From Candidatus Woesearchaeota archaeon (GTDB lineage: Archaea; Nanobdellota; Nanobdellia; Woesearchaeales; JAGVZT01), in the NCBI GenBank assembly GCA_018302335.1, contig JAGVZT010000047.1:1-61042 (forward strand): a stretch of 61,042 bases of DNA. The letters run 5' to 3'. Below the pieces are notes generated by a model. The model did no database searches and was not told where the DNA came from. It saw only the letters and a list, made by a program, of their open reading frames with translations. Each line of letters opens with the position of its first letter. Positions within the stretch are counted from its first letter, which is position 1. Position numbers and translations under genes: made by a program. This document shows, piece after piece, positions 18,945-27,546 of the stretch.

Positions 18945-20231
18945 ATGCCAGAGCCCGGCGACCGCGTCCGCGTGCGCACCCCGAAGGAGACGGTGGAAGG
19001 CCTGCTCATGCCCACTCCCGAGTACCAGGCGGACATCCTGGTGCTCAAGCTTGACAGCGGCTACAATGTCGGTATCGATAGGAAGACTCTTTCTTCGGTC
19101 GAGTTGGTGAGCAGTCAGCGAGATGCCCACGCGGCAACGCGGCCGAGAGAGCAGAAGAAAAATCTTCCTCTCATCACCGTGCTGCACACCGGGGGCACCA
19201 TCGCGAGCAAGGTGGACTACAAGACCGGAGGGGTCGTCGCACGATTCTCCCCCGAGGAGCTCCTGGGCCTCTTCCCTGAGCTGGGGGACATCGCCCAGGT
19301 CCGTTCGAGACTGGTGCGCAACATGTGGAGCGAGGACATGCGCTTCCCGCATTACAACCTCCTCGCGGAAGAGGTCGCGAAAGAGGCGAGGGCCAGGGGC
19401 GTCATCATCACTCACGGGACAGACACCTTGCACTACTCGGCCGCCGCTCTTGCCTTCGCCCTGGAGAACATCAACATCCCCGTGCTCCTCGTGGGCGCCC
19501 AGCGGAGCTCCGATAGGGGAAGCAGCGACGCAGGGATGAATCTTCTGAGCGCCGCGCGGTTCATCGCGGCGAACACCGGCTTCCATGGCGTCGCGCCCTG
19601 CATGCACGCATCGCGGAGCGATGACGACTGCTGGATACTGCCGCCCTGCCGGACGAGGAAGATGCACACCTCGCGCAGGGACGCATTCCGTCCGGTGAAC
19701 GCGGGGCCGCTCGCGCGCGTGCGCCATGGCGAAGTCACCATCCTCGACCGGAGCAGCCATCACTTCAGCCAGCCCGGCCCGTTCCGCCTTCGCCCCTTCC
19801 AGGATGTCAAGGTCGGCCTCCTGAAGGCCCATACCAACATGTTCGCCTCCGAGTGGCTCGCATACAAGGGCTTCCACGGACTCGTGGTCGAGGCCACCGG
19901 CCTCGGCCAGGCTCCGGTCAACGAGATTGACGCGGAGACGAAAGAGCACGCGAAGATACGCACCGCGCTCAAGGAGCTTCTCGCGGAAACCGTTGTCGCG
20001 TTCGCCCCCCAGACCATCTATGGACGCCTGAACATGGATGTCTACCAGCCTGCGAGGGAGCTGCAGGACCTTGGCGTCCTTGGGCACCTGTGCGACATGA
20101 CGCCCGAGACCGCGTTCATCAAACTCGCGTGGCTGCTGAGCAACGAGCCAAAGCGTGTCAGAGAGCTTTACGCGAAGGACCTGCGCGGAGAGCTCAGGGA
20201 GCGCAGCGAGCCCGAGCGCTTCCTGGTGTGA
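18945..20231 (+). CDS. gatD: Glu-tRNA(Gln) amidotransferase subunit D
   Basis: Asparaginase-type motifs VLHTGGTIAS and IITHGTDTLHYSA; archaea-specific GatD length (428 aa). Confidence 0.93.
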   Translation: MPEPGDRVRVRTPKETVEGLLMPTPEYQADILVLKLDSGYNVGIDRKTLSSVELVSSQRDAHAATRPREQKKNLPLITVLHTGGTIASKVDYKTGGVVARFSPEELLGLFPELGDIAQVRSRLVRNMWSEDMRFPHYNLLAEEVAKEARARGVIITHGTDTLHYSAAALAFALENINIPVLLVGAQRSSDRGSSDAGMNLLSAARFIAANTGFHGVAPCMHASRSDDDCWILPPCRTRKMHTSRRDAFRPVNAGPLARVRHGEVTILDRSSHHFSQPGPFRLRPFQDVKVGLLKAHTNMFASEWLAYKGFHGLVVEATGLGQAPVNEIDAETKEHAKIRTALKELLAETVVAFAPQTIYGRLNMDVYQPARELQDLGVLGHLCDMTPETAFIKLAWLLSNEPKRVRELYAKDLRGELRERSEPERFLV

Positions 20232-20232
20232 G

Positions 20233-22077
20233 ATGGCATCGACCAGAGCGACAAAGACTGCGCCACCTCGGCCGGATTTTTCGGGCAGTCTCCGGTGCGG
20301 CCTGGAGATTCACCAGCAGCTTGACACGGAAAAGCTCTTCTGCTCCTGCCCGAGCAGCCTCAGGGACGACCAGCCGGACATCCTCGTCGAGAGAGAGCTG
20401 CGCGCGTCAGCGGGAGAGGAAGGCGGAGTGGATATCGCCGCCGCTGCCGAGCAGGCGAAGCGCAAGAGCTACCTCTACCAGGCCTACAGCGATACCACCT
20501 GTCTCGTGGAACTCGATGAAGAGCCGCCCCATCCGCTCAACCGCGACGCCCTGGGCGTCGCCCTCCAGGTCTCGCGGATGCTCGGCATGGTCCCCGTCGC
20601 GAGCATCCAGGTCATGCGCAAGACCGTCGTCGACGGCAGCAACACCAGCGGCTTCCAGCGCACCGCGCTCGTCGCGAGGAACGGCGTCCTGAAGACCGCG
20701 CACGGCGATGTGACCATCCCGACCCTGTGCATCGAGGAGGACGCCGCGAAAATCGTCGCGCGGGAGGCGCAGCGGGATGTGTACAATCTCTCCAGATTGG
20801 GCATCCCGCTCATCGAGATTGCCACCGGGCCGGACATCACCTCGCCGGAGATGGCCCGCGAGGTCGCGCTCCAGCTGGGGATGCTTCTCCGCTCGACCGG
20901 CAGGGCGAAGCGCGGTCTCGGCACCATCCGCCAGGACCTCAATGTCTCCATTCCCCAAGGGGCGCGCATCGAGATCAAGGGCGCGCAGGAGCTGGACCTG
21001 CTCCCGAAGCTTGTCGAGATGGAAGCGCTTCGGCAGCGGAACTTGCTTGACATCGCGGCCGGGCTGCGCGACGCGAAAGCCGGCAAGCCCGTGGATGTCA
21101 GCAGCGTCCTCAAGAAGAGCGCGAGCAAGGTCATCCGGGCCGCGCTCGACTCCGGCGGAGCGGCGCTCGCCTGTCGCATGGAGGGCTTCGCCGGCATGCT
21201 CGGAAAGGAGGTCCAGCCGGGCAGACGTCTCGGCACGGAACTTGCGGACCATGCGAAGGTCATGGGTGTCAAGGGGCTGTTCCACAGCGATGAGTTGCCT
21301 GCGTATGGCATCACTGTCGAAGAAGTCGCCGCATTGAGGAAGGCGCTCGGGTGCAAGGAGCACGATGGCTTCATCCTCATCGCGGACGCGAAGGAGCGCG
21401 CGGAGCGGGCGATGGCCGCGGCGCTCGGCCGCGCCGAACAGGCACGCAGTGAGGTGCCGCGCGAAGTCCGCAAGGCGAACGAGGACGCGACAACGAGCTT
21501 CCTGCGGCCCATGCCAGGCTCCTCACGGATGTATCCGGAGACCGATGTGCGCAGCATCCGCGTCACCGCGGAGATGCTCTCTTCTCCCCTTCCTGAGCTG
21601 CTCTCATCGAAGGAAGAGCGCTTCGCGAAGCAGCTTCCGCGGGACCTCGCGCACCAGCTGGTCTGGGGAGAGCGCTGGCCGCTGTACGAGCGGGCGGCGC
21701 GGCGCTGGCCGGAGCTGAAGCCAGTCTTCGTCGCGGAGACGCTCGTTTCTGCGCCGAAAGAGATACGGAAACGCCACGGTTTCGACCTCGACGCGTCCGA
21801 TGCGGATTTCGAGTTGCTGTTCGATGCGGTGAGCCATGGCACCATCGCCCAGGAGGCGGTCTTCGAGCTCCTCGTGCAGAAGGCGCAGGGCAAGCCTCTG
21901 GACATCGCATCCTTCTCGCTGCTGTCCGACAAGGAACTGCAGCTTAGGCTCAGGGCGATAGTCGCCGCGAATCCGAAAGCGCCTCTCAACGCCCTGATGG
22001 GCATCGCGATGAAGGAGCTGCGCGGCAAGGCGGACGGCAAGAGGATTGCGGCGCTGCTCCAGGAGTTCAGCGGGTAG
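20233..22077 (+). CDS. gatE: Glu-tRNA(Gln) amidotransferase subunit E
   Basis: LRCGLEIHQQLDT...LFCSCPS with a GatB/E core. The ATG is 2 nt after the gatD stop. Confidence 0.93.
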   Translation: MASTRATKTAPPRPDFSGSLRCGLEIHQQLDTEKLFCSCPSSLRDDQPDILVERELRASAGEEGGVDIAAAAEQAKRKSYLYQAYSDTTCLVELDEEPPHPLNRDALGVALQVSRMLGMVPVASIQVMRKTVVDGSNTSGFQRTALVARNGVLKTAHGDVTIPTLCIEEDAAKIVAREAQRDVYNLSRLGIPLIEIATGPDITSPEMAREVALQLGMLLRSTGRAKRGLGTIRQDLNVSIPQGARIEIKGAQELDLLPKLVEMEALRQRNLLDIAAGLRDAKAGKPVDVSSVLKKSASKVIRAALDSGGAALACRMEGFAGMLGKEVQPGRRLGTELADHAKVMGVKGLFHSDELPAYGITVEEVAALRKALGCKEHDGFILIADAKERAERAMAAALGRAEQARSEVPREVRKANEDATTSFLRPMPGSSRMYPETDVRSIRVTAEMLSSPLPELLSSKEERFAKQLPRDLAHQLVWGERWPLYERAARRWPELKPVFVAETLVSAPKEIRKRHGFDLDASDADFELLFDAVSHGTIAQEAVFELLVQKAQGKPLDIASFSLLSDKELQLRLRAIVAANPKAPLNALMGIAMKELRGKADGKRIAALLQEFSG

Positions 22078-22139
22078 GCCGCGCTGCGGAGAATATCCGG
22101 CAGCGAGGCCTTGCGGAACTCCTGCGGCATCGCGGCCCG
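22077..22139 (-). repeat. CGGCCG-bounded intergenic repeat, copy G (63 bp)
   Basis: GGCCGCGCTGCGGAGAATATCCGGCAGCGAGGCCTTGCGGAACTCCTGCGGCATCGCGGCCCG. Starts within the gatE stop codon. Confidence 0.75.
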
Positions 22140-22156
22140 TTCTGCGAGGCCCCATA

Positions 22157-22843
22157 ATGCATAAGAAGCCAGCTTCGTTCCCTTGGGCCATGGGGACCCT
22201 CTTCGACATCTGCCGTTCAGAATTCGAGCGTCTCAGGCCGCTGTACGAGGAGCAGTGCGGCGTGGACCTCTCCGAGGTGCGGTTCCTCAATCCAAGGGAA
22301 TTCGCCAGCCAGAGCATCCGGAATGAGAATATCCTGCCGCTCAAGGGGGTGAAGGCCCTCACGTCTGCGTACTGCACCGCGAGCTACCCCGCATGGTACG
22401 ACGCAGGCCTGCCCGCCATCACGGTCAATGAGCGCGTGCTGCAGAAGCGTGACATGCCTCCAGCGTACGCCGTCGCGCACGAGCTCGGCCATGCGACCCA
22501 GGAGGCGAGGGCTCACCTGGACCCGAATTTCTACGGCAGTCTCTGGACCAAGGCAGCGAAGCGCGGCCTTCAGGAAGTCCGCGGCCTGCGTGACGCTCTT
22601 GACCTGGTGACGGAGGCGGGAGAATTCTTCGGGGAGGTCACCAAGGTACAGCAGATTCTCCTGGAGGGCGGCGCCATCGCGCTCCAGAGCGATTATCTCA
22701 CCGGGCTCGACACGGCGCTCGCGGAGCACACCGCAGACGTGCGCGAAGCCCTGCTGGACAGCGCCATCTGGCTGCCCTTCCGGAAACCCGCTCTCTCGAT
22801 GGAGGAGATAGGGAATCCCGCGGCGTATCTGGGGCGGGCCTGA
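22157..22843 (+). CDS. Putative zinc metalloprotease-like protein (HELGH motif), family unknown
   Basis: AYAVAHELGHATQEA. Start ambiguous: ATG 22157, or ATG 22190, which lies 22 nt downstream of CATAATGCATAAG (22153-22165). Confidence 0.5.
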   Translation: MHKKPASFPWAMGTLFDICRSEFERLRPLYEEQCGVDLSEVRFLNPREFASQSIRNENILPLKGVKALTSAYCTASYPAWYDAGLPAITVNERVLQKRDMPPAYAVAHELGHATQEARAHLDPNFYGSLWTKAAKRGLQEVRGLRDALDLVTEAGEFFGEVTKVQQILLEGGAIALQSDYLTGLDTALAEHTADVREALLDSAIWLPFRKPALSMEEIGNPAAYLGRA

Positions 22844-23374
22844 CTATTTGTCGTCCGGGTCCGAGAGGTCCATCCAGTCCGGCTCTTCCTCTGCTGGCGC
22901 AGCCTCCTCGGGTTCCGGGTCAGGAGCAACCGGCTGCGTGAAGACGGAGGGCACCTGCGCCGGGGGAGCCTGCGGTGCCTGGTAGCCAGGCAACCGCTCG
23001 CGGATGAGGCCGATGAGCGTCGGGAAGCCGCCCTTCTTCGAGGGGTCGTTCCTGTTCTTGATGTCCGCGTAGAGGCCGAGCAGCCCGTCCGCGCTCATGT
23101 AGGACATGGCTGCGAGATAGGCGTAGAACGCGGGCCTCCACTTTCGCGCCGCGCGTCCGAGGCCGAAGGTGCTGCCGGAGCGCGCCAGGCGCTCCAGGGT
23201 CATCCCAGCCTGGTACTCCTTTTGCTTCCCCTCGCTCTGCGCGCGCTGGAACAGCGCGAGGTTCTCCTCCTCGGTGCCCCCGAGGCTTTTCGCGTAGGAT
23301 TCTGCGATGAATTCGAGGTCCAGCCCGGTGGCCTTCTCGAAACGCTCAGTAAGCTCCTTGAGGTAGTCGGTCAT
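22844..23374 (-). CDS. Hypothetical protein with a Pro/Glu-rich acidic C-terminal tail
   Basis: 176-aa ORF with coding-like composition. Tail: QAPQAPPAQVPSVFTQPVAPDPEPEEAAPAEEEPDWMDLSDPDDK. Confidence 0.5.
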   Translation of the reverse strand: MTDYLKELTERFEKATGLDLEFIAESYAKSLGGTEEENLALFQRAQSEGKQKEYQAGMTLERLARSGSTFGLGRAARKWRPAFYAYLAAMSYMSADGLLGLYADIKNRNDPSKKGGFPTLIGLIRERLPGYQAPQAPPAQVPSVFTQPVAPDPEPEEAAPAEEEPDWMDLSDPDDK

Positions 23375-23450
23375 GTTTCCCCCCTCCGGTGCAGGGGGGG
23401 CGGGAAACGCAATATAAACCTATCCGCATGGCCGCAGAACGGCTGTTCCG

Positions 23451-23693
23451 TCAACGAGCCAGGAGCGCCCCGGCGAGCAGCCCGAGCGAGGAGCCAAGGA
23501 GCCACCCGACAAAGCCGGTCTCGAACCCGGAGATGCCGTAGCCGATGAGGAAGCCGAAGACTCCCACCTGAAAGCTTGTCAGCGCGGTGAGAATCGTGCC
23601 GCGCTCAAAAGAGGGCCTGCGGATGGAAGGCAGCACTCGCAGCGTTGGCATCCCGAGCATCCCGTCGTAGTACGTCTGCACCACTTCGTTCAC
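23451..23693 (-). CDS. Small membrane protein (Gly-zipper-like C-terminal helices)
   Basis: FQVGVFGFLIGYGISGFETGFVGWLLGSSLGLLAGALLAR. GTG start; an internal ATG alternative exists. Confidence 0.4.
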   Translation of the reverse strand: MNEVVQTYYDGMLGMPTLRVLPSIRRPSFERGTILTALTSFQVGVFGFLIGYGISGFETGFVGWLLGSSLGLLAGALLAR

Positions 23694-23866
23694 CCCCTCT
23701 GTTCAGGGGTCCCTGCTCTGTCCTACCCTTCTGCATCCGTTGCCTCCGGTTATAAACGGGGGAAACGTCTATTTAAACATTAGGCTCCTGTTTCTGTACA
23801 GGCGTGCCACGCGTCAGCACCTGTGCGGGATAGCCTATACTGGCCCACCGCTCAACTCTCAGGAGT

Positions 23867-23933
23867 CGGTCGTGATGCGGATAAGATATGGTATCCCGGC
23901 GAAACCACCGGTACTCGCGCGGCATTGCGGCCG
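23867..23933 (-). repeat. CGGCCG-bounded intergenic repeat, copy H (67 bp, CGGTCG left end)
   Basis: CGGTCGTGATGCGGATAAGATATGGTATCCCGGCGAAACCACCGGTACTCGCGCGGCATTGCGGCCG. Confidence 0.7.
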
Positions 23934-23947
23934 AACGCATCTCCCGC

Positions 23948-25495
23948 CTACGCCTTCGGGGGTTCTGGAGGAGCTGCCCGCGCGACGCCAAGCGCCTTCG
24001 ACGAGGCGATCTGCCACAGCCCTTTCTCGTTCCTGTCCACGAGGACGAATTGCCCCTCCGCAAGGTCCTCAGCAAGGGACTGGGCGAAGAAGTAGCTGTC
24101 CGTCAGAGGGCAGAAGCACAGTGCGATGGTCAGCGGCGCGGTGAAGCCAGGAGGTGGGTAGTGGAGCTTGGTCTTCACGTAGACCCTCGCGTGGAACGGC
24201 CCGTCGGGAAGCTTCCCGATGGACAGGTCGAGGTCCTTCGCGGTGATCTCCGGGATGGGCTTCAGGTGGAAGCTCCTGCCGGAGTCCTTGCTCGCGTGCA
24301 GGAGGGTGAGGCAGTTGTACACGTGCAGCCCTCCGACAGAGAGGGCCATCGCGTAGTGCGGGTACTGGAGATTCTCGACCGCGATTTCCGATTCTCCCTT
24401 CGCCTGGCGGAGCAGCTCCACGACCTGGCCGAGCCCTGACGCTGCCAGGGCATGGCCGCACATCACCCCGCCAGAGAGGTTGGTGGGCAGCTTCCCCCCG
24501 GGAGCGAGCGCGCCCTGGAGGATGAGGTCCGAGACTCCGGTGACAGGAAGCAGCGCGGTGTCCTGCAGGCCATAGTACAGCACCGCGAAGAAAGCGTCGT
24601 GCATCTCCGCATAGGAGACCCTGACCTGGGTGAGGTCCACCATCTCCTTGAGCTGCTCCATGGCCATGAGCGTCGCGCGGCTCCGGTGGAAGCTCTCCCT
24701 CGCGGTCAGGGCAAGGGTGTCGGTGCCCTGGCCGTATCCGGCGACCTTGACCTTGACCTCGTCGGCCGGCGCATGCCTGGACGCCACGAGCGCCGCATAG
24801 CCGGAACTCCGCGGCGCGACGTCATACAGACGGAGCGGGGTGCTCACCGAGACGTTCTTGTCGCTGGCGAGATACTCCTCGACCGTGAATGCCTTGCGCA
24901 GCTGCGTCCGCGGATTGCGGCTCCCGTTCGTGTGCGCGAAGGCGCTGTAGTGCTTCATCGCCGGCGAGACCAAGGGATCCCTGCACACCGCAATCTCCGT
25001 CATGAGCGCGCCTAGCGCGGGCATGGTCAGCCCGTACTTCGCCTCCTCGGGATGGATGAGCGCGCGCAGCACCTCGATGCTGCGTTCCGAGGGAACGGTC
25101 CGCATCTGCTCAGCGGCGACGAGGCCGATGGTCGAGTAACGCTCCCCGAACGCGACGGACTGGATGCCCTCGTGCAGCAGCGCGGCGCCCGCAGAAGATG
25201 CCGCGAGATTCGCGTCTTCTGCGTATGGGGCGGGCTTGTGCGAATAGAACACCGGGATGCTCAGTCCCTTCGTGCGGAGGTACGCGGAGACCGCCTTGCA
25301 CGCCTCGTCGGCGGAGACCCCGTTCAGTTCCCTGCCGTGCGCGCTGGTGAGTACGATGGCCTCGAGTCTCTTGCCCGGGTAGCTCTTCGAGAATTCTGCG
25401 AGCAGGGCCTCGGTTCCCTTGACGAAAAGGTCCTGAAGCGGCTCCTCGCTGTCCCCGACCTGGCGCACCCCGCACGACAGGTAGACGTCCGCCAT
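23948..25495 (-). CDS. Thiolase-like protein (SCP2-thiolase type) fused to a C-terminal DUF35-like OB-fold domain
   Basis: Thiolase topology with NLSGGVMCGHALAASGLGQVVELLRQ (GHP.GA.G-like His loop). The C-terminal ~110 aa (GPFHARVYVKTKLHYPPPGFTAPLTIALC...GQFVLVD) resembles DUF35. The ATG at 25495 is 21 nt from a TATA box; the track extension to 25570 runs into copy I. Confidence 0.78.
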   Translation of the reverse strand: MADVYLSCGVRQVGDSEEPLQDLFVKGTEALLAEFSKSYPGKRLEAIVLTSAHGRELNGVSADEACKAVSAYLRTKGLSIPVFYSHKPAPYAEDANLAASSAGAALLHEGIQSVAFGERYSTIGLVAAEQMRTVPSERSIEVLRALIHPEEAKYGLTMPALGALMTEIAVCRDPLVSPAMKHYSAFAHTNGSRNPRTQLRKAFTVEEYLASDKNVSVSTPLRLYDVAPRSSGYAALVASRHAPADEVKVKVAGYGQGTDTLALTARESFHRSRATLMAMEQLKEMVDLTQVRVSYAEMHDAFFAVLYYGLQDTALLPVTGVSDLILQGALAPGGKLPTNLSGGVMCGHALAASGLGQVVELLRQAKGESEIAVENLQYPHYAMALSVGGLHVYNCLTLLHASKDSGRSFHLKPIPEITAKDLDLSIGKLPDGPFHARVYVKTKLHYPPPGFTAPLTIALCFCPLTDSYFFAQSLAEDLAEGQFVLVDRNEKGLWQIASSKALGVARAAPPEPPKA

Positions 25496-25515
25496 CGTAC
25501 GGGAGATGTCCCCTG

Positions 25516-25525
25516 CTTTTATATG
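25516..25525 (-). promoter_or_regulatory. TATA box for the thiolase-like gene
   Basis: Forward CTTTTATATG, reverse complement CATATAAAAG; 21 nt upstream of ATG 25495. Confidence 0.6.
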
Positions 25526-25561
25526 GGTTTCTGCCGGGACGTCCAGAATGTCCGCGGTTCT

Positions 25562-25628
25562 CGGCCGCACTGGCGCGCGCTGTCCGCATGGTCTCGCGGT
25601 ATGCCGGATATTCCCCGCAATGCTGCCG
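25562..25628 (+). repeat. CGGCCG-bounded intergenic repeat, copy I (67 bp)
   Basis: CGGCCGCACTGGCGCGCGCTGTCCGCATGGTCTCGCGGTATGCCGGATATTCCCCGCAATGCTGCCG. Confidence 0.8.
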
Positions 25629-25634
25629 GGTCCC

Positions 25635-26399
25635 TCAACCTGCCGGCCGGAAATCCAGAGAAAGGCCCTTCACCGCTTCGGAGAGCGCGGCGCAGCTCTG
25701 ACGGATGACCTCCCTCTCGTCCAGGGCGAGGTACGCCTCAAGGTTGTCCTGGAAGGATGCCGAGAGCCTCGCGTGCGCCTCGGTATACTTGGCCGCGATG
25801 TCCTCGGTCCCGTCGAGCGCAATCGAGGTGATTCCCGCCGGGCTGGCGATGCGGAACTCGCCATGCACAAGCGGATTCGCGTCTGCGAAATGCCGGAAGC
25901 TCACGAGGTCCCGCGCGCTGGGCAGGGCCAGCTCCGCTCCGAGGTAGCGATACGCGGCCTTCCGCAGGCCGGCCAGCGTCTCTGACGACGCGTCCCCGTA
26001 CCACTCCTGGAGCCTCCAGCTGTCCTCGACGCTTCCCATATAGAGGGTGCGCATCACCTCGGGCTGGATGTGGTAATGCACATAGTCCTGCCCGATGTCC
26101 GCGATGAGATTCAGGAAGCCCTGCGTCGCTGTTCCGCGCTCCTCGTCGACGAACACGATGCGCTGCACCGGGGGATAGAGCCACAGCGCCTCCGGCAAGT
26201 AGAGCCAGAGCGATTCGAGCTCTTCCGAGGAGGCGAGCGCGCAAAGCTGTCTCTCGCCGTCTTCCTGGCCGAGCCGGACCGCGTGCGCCGTCTTATCCGA
26301 GGAAAGAGCGCCATCCCGAACGGGAAAGCTCAGCGGCTGCCGAGGGCCGTAGCCGCCCTGGACAAGCGCATGCCTGACGAGAAGCTCCAGGTCCCCCAC
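25635..26399 (-). CDS. Hypothetical protein (254 aa)
   Basis: Coding-like composition. GTG start is 23 nt from a TATA box. No family recognised. Confidence 0.5.
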   Translation of the reverse strand: MGDLELLVRHALVQGGYGPRQPLSFPVRDGALSSDKTAHAVRLGQEDGERQLCALASSEELESLWLYLPEALWLYPPVQRIVFVDEERGTATQGFLNLIADIGQDYVHYHIQPEVMRTLYMGSVEDSWRLQEWYGDASSETLAGLRKAAYRYLGAELALPSARDLVSFRHFADANPLVHGEFRIASPAGITSIALDGTEDIAAKYTEAHARLSASFQDNLEAYLALDEREVIRQSCAALSEAVKGLSLDFRPAG

Positions 26400-26421
26400 G
26401 GGACGCGGGAACGCAAAAGGC

Positions 26422-26431
26422 GATATAAAGC
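26422..26431 (-). promoter_or_regulatory. TATA box
   Basis: Forward GATATAAAGC, reverse complement GCTTTATATC; 23 nt upstream of GTG 26399. Abuts the stop of the upstream gene. Confidence 0.5.
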
Positions 26432-27396
26432 TACCGCGCGAGCAGCGGCTCTCTCTCTGCGGCCTCGCGGACGGGGTGCTCGATGTCCCACTGGGCGAGG
26501 TAGAACGCCACGGTCTTCTTCAGCCCCTCCTCGAACGAGGTAGGCGGTCTCCAGCCGAGGAGTTCCTGGCAGAGGGAGCCGTCCCCGCGGAGGCACTTGA
26601 CGTGGCCCCAGCGGTCGTCCACGTGGTCAACGTGCACCACCGCGCTGCGTTCGTTCTGCAGGATGCGCTTCACGAGTGTGCAGACGTCAAGGACGGTGTA
26701 GTTGACGCCGGTGGCGATGTTGACAGCGGTGCCGTCCGGCAGTTTCGGCGCGAGCCAGAGCGCCTCGCACGTATCGCGCACGAAGACCCAGTCGCGCCTC
26801 GCGAGGCCGTCCGCATAGACAGGCATGGACTTCCCGTCGAGGGCTCGGCGGATGAGCTTTGGGATGAGCTTCTCCTCGGTCTGGTAAGGGCCGTACTGGT
26901 TGAACGGCCGGAGCATCTTCACCGGCAGCCCGTAGGTCTGCCAGTAGGAATAGCACAGGCGCTCCGCTGCCACCTTCGAGGCCGCGTACGGAGAGTGCGG
27001 GGCGAGGGGATGCTCCTCGGACATGGGCCGCGGCTCCCACTGGCTCGTGCCGTAGACCTCGGAACTGCTCATGTACACCACGGTCATCGGATCCTTCCCG
27101 CCGGCCCGTTGCGCGTTCTCCTCGCGCGCGGCCTCCAGCACGTTGAACGTGCCGTTGACGTTGCTGTCCCAGAAGGGCCAGGGCTCCTTGATGCTCTGGT
27201 CGATGTTGGTCAGCGCGCCGAGGTGGTAGACGACATCATAGTTCTTCCCCAGGATGGCAGCCTTCACTGCAGCTGGGTCGCGAAGGTCCTGGCCGTACTT
27301 CCGGTCGAAGAGCGTGACCTCGGCAGGGGTCTGGGAAAGGAACTGGAAGAAGTTCGTCGCGATGAAACCGCTCCCGCCGGTGACAAGTACTCTCAT
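26431..27396 (-). CDS. NAD-dependent sugar-nucleotide epimerase/dehydratase (extended SDR, dTDP-glucose 4,6-dehydratase-like)
   Basis: MRVLVTGGSGFIATNF Rossmann motif, catalytic YAASKVAAE (YxxxK), 321 aa. Confidence 0.87.
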   Translation of the reverse strand: MRVLVTGGSGFIATNFFQFLSQTPAEVTLFDRKYGQDLRDPAAVKAAILGKNYDVVYHLGALTNIDQSIKEPWPFWDSNVNGTFNVLEAAREENAQRAGGKDPMTVVYMSSSEVYGTSQWEPRPMSEEHPLAPHSPYAASKVAAERLCYSYWQTYGLPVKMLRPFNQYGPYQTEEKLIPKLIRRALDGKSMPVYADGLARRDWVFVRDTCEALWLAPKLPDGTAVNIATGVNYTVLDVCTLVKRILQNERSAVVHVDHVDDRWGHVKCLRGDGSLCQELLGWRPPTSFEEGLKKTVAFYLAQWDIEHPVREAAEREPLLAR

Positions 27397-27420
27397 TCCC
27401 CAAGCTCGTGAAGCAGGGAC

Positions 27421-27433
27421 CCCTTTAAAAGAC
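27421..27433 (-). promoter_or_regulatory. TATA box for the epimerase/dehydratase gene
   Basis: Forward CCCTTTAAAAGAC; 25 nt upstream of ATG 27396. Confidence 0.55.
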
Positions 27434-27470
27434 TTGCGATGGGACGGGTTTGGCAGAAAACTCCGTGTCT

Positions 27471-27538
27471 CGGCCGTCGTGCCGTAGGAGTTGCGGATGG
27501 CATCGCCGGCATGTAGGATATCCCTCGCAACGCGGCCG
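27471..27538 (+). repeat. CGGCCG-bounded intergenic repeat, copy J (68 bp)
   Basis: CGGCCGTCGTGCCGTAGGAGTTGCGGATGGCATCGCCGGCATGTAGGATATCCCTCGCAACGCGGCCG. Confidence 0.75.
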
Positions 27539-27546
27539 TCTCCGGC

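Noticed and set aside
23740-24144. 134-aa plus-strand ORF in the spacer and antisense to the thiolase-like gene
   Set aside because: Arg/Pro/Ser-rich shadow composition. It runs through repeat copy H and overlaps a well-supported gene on the other strand.
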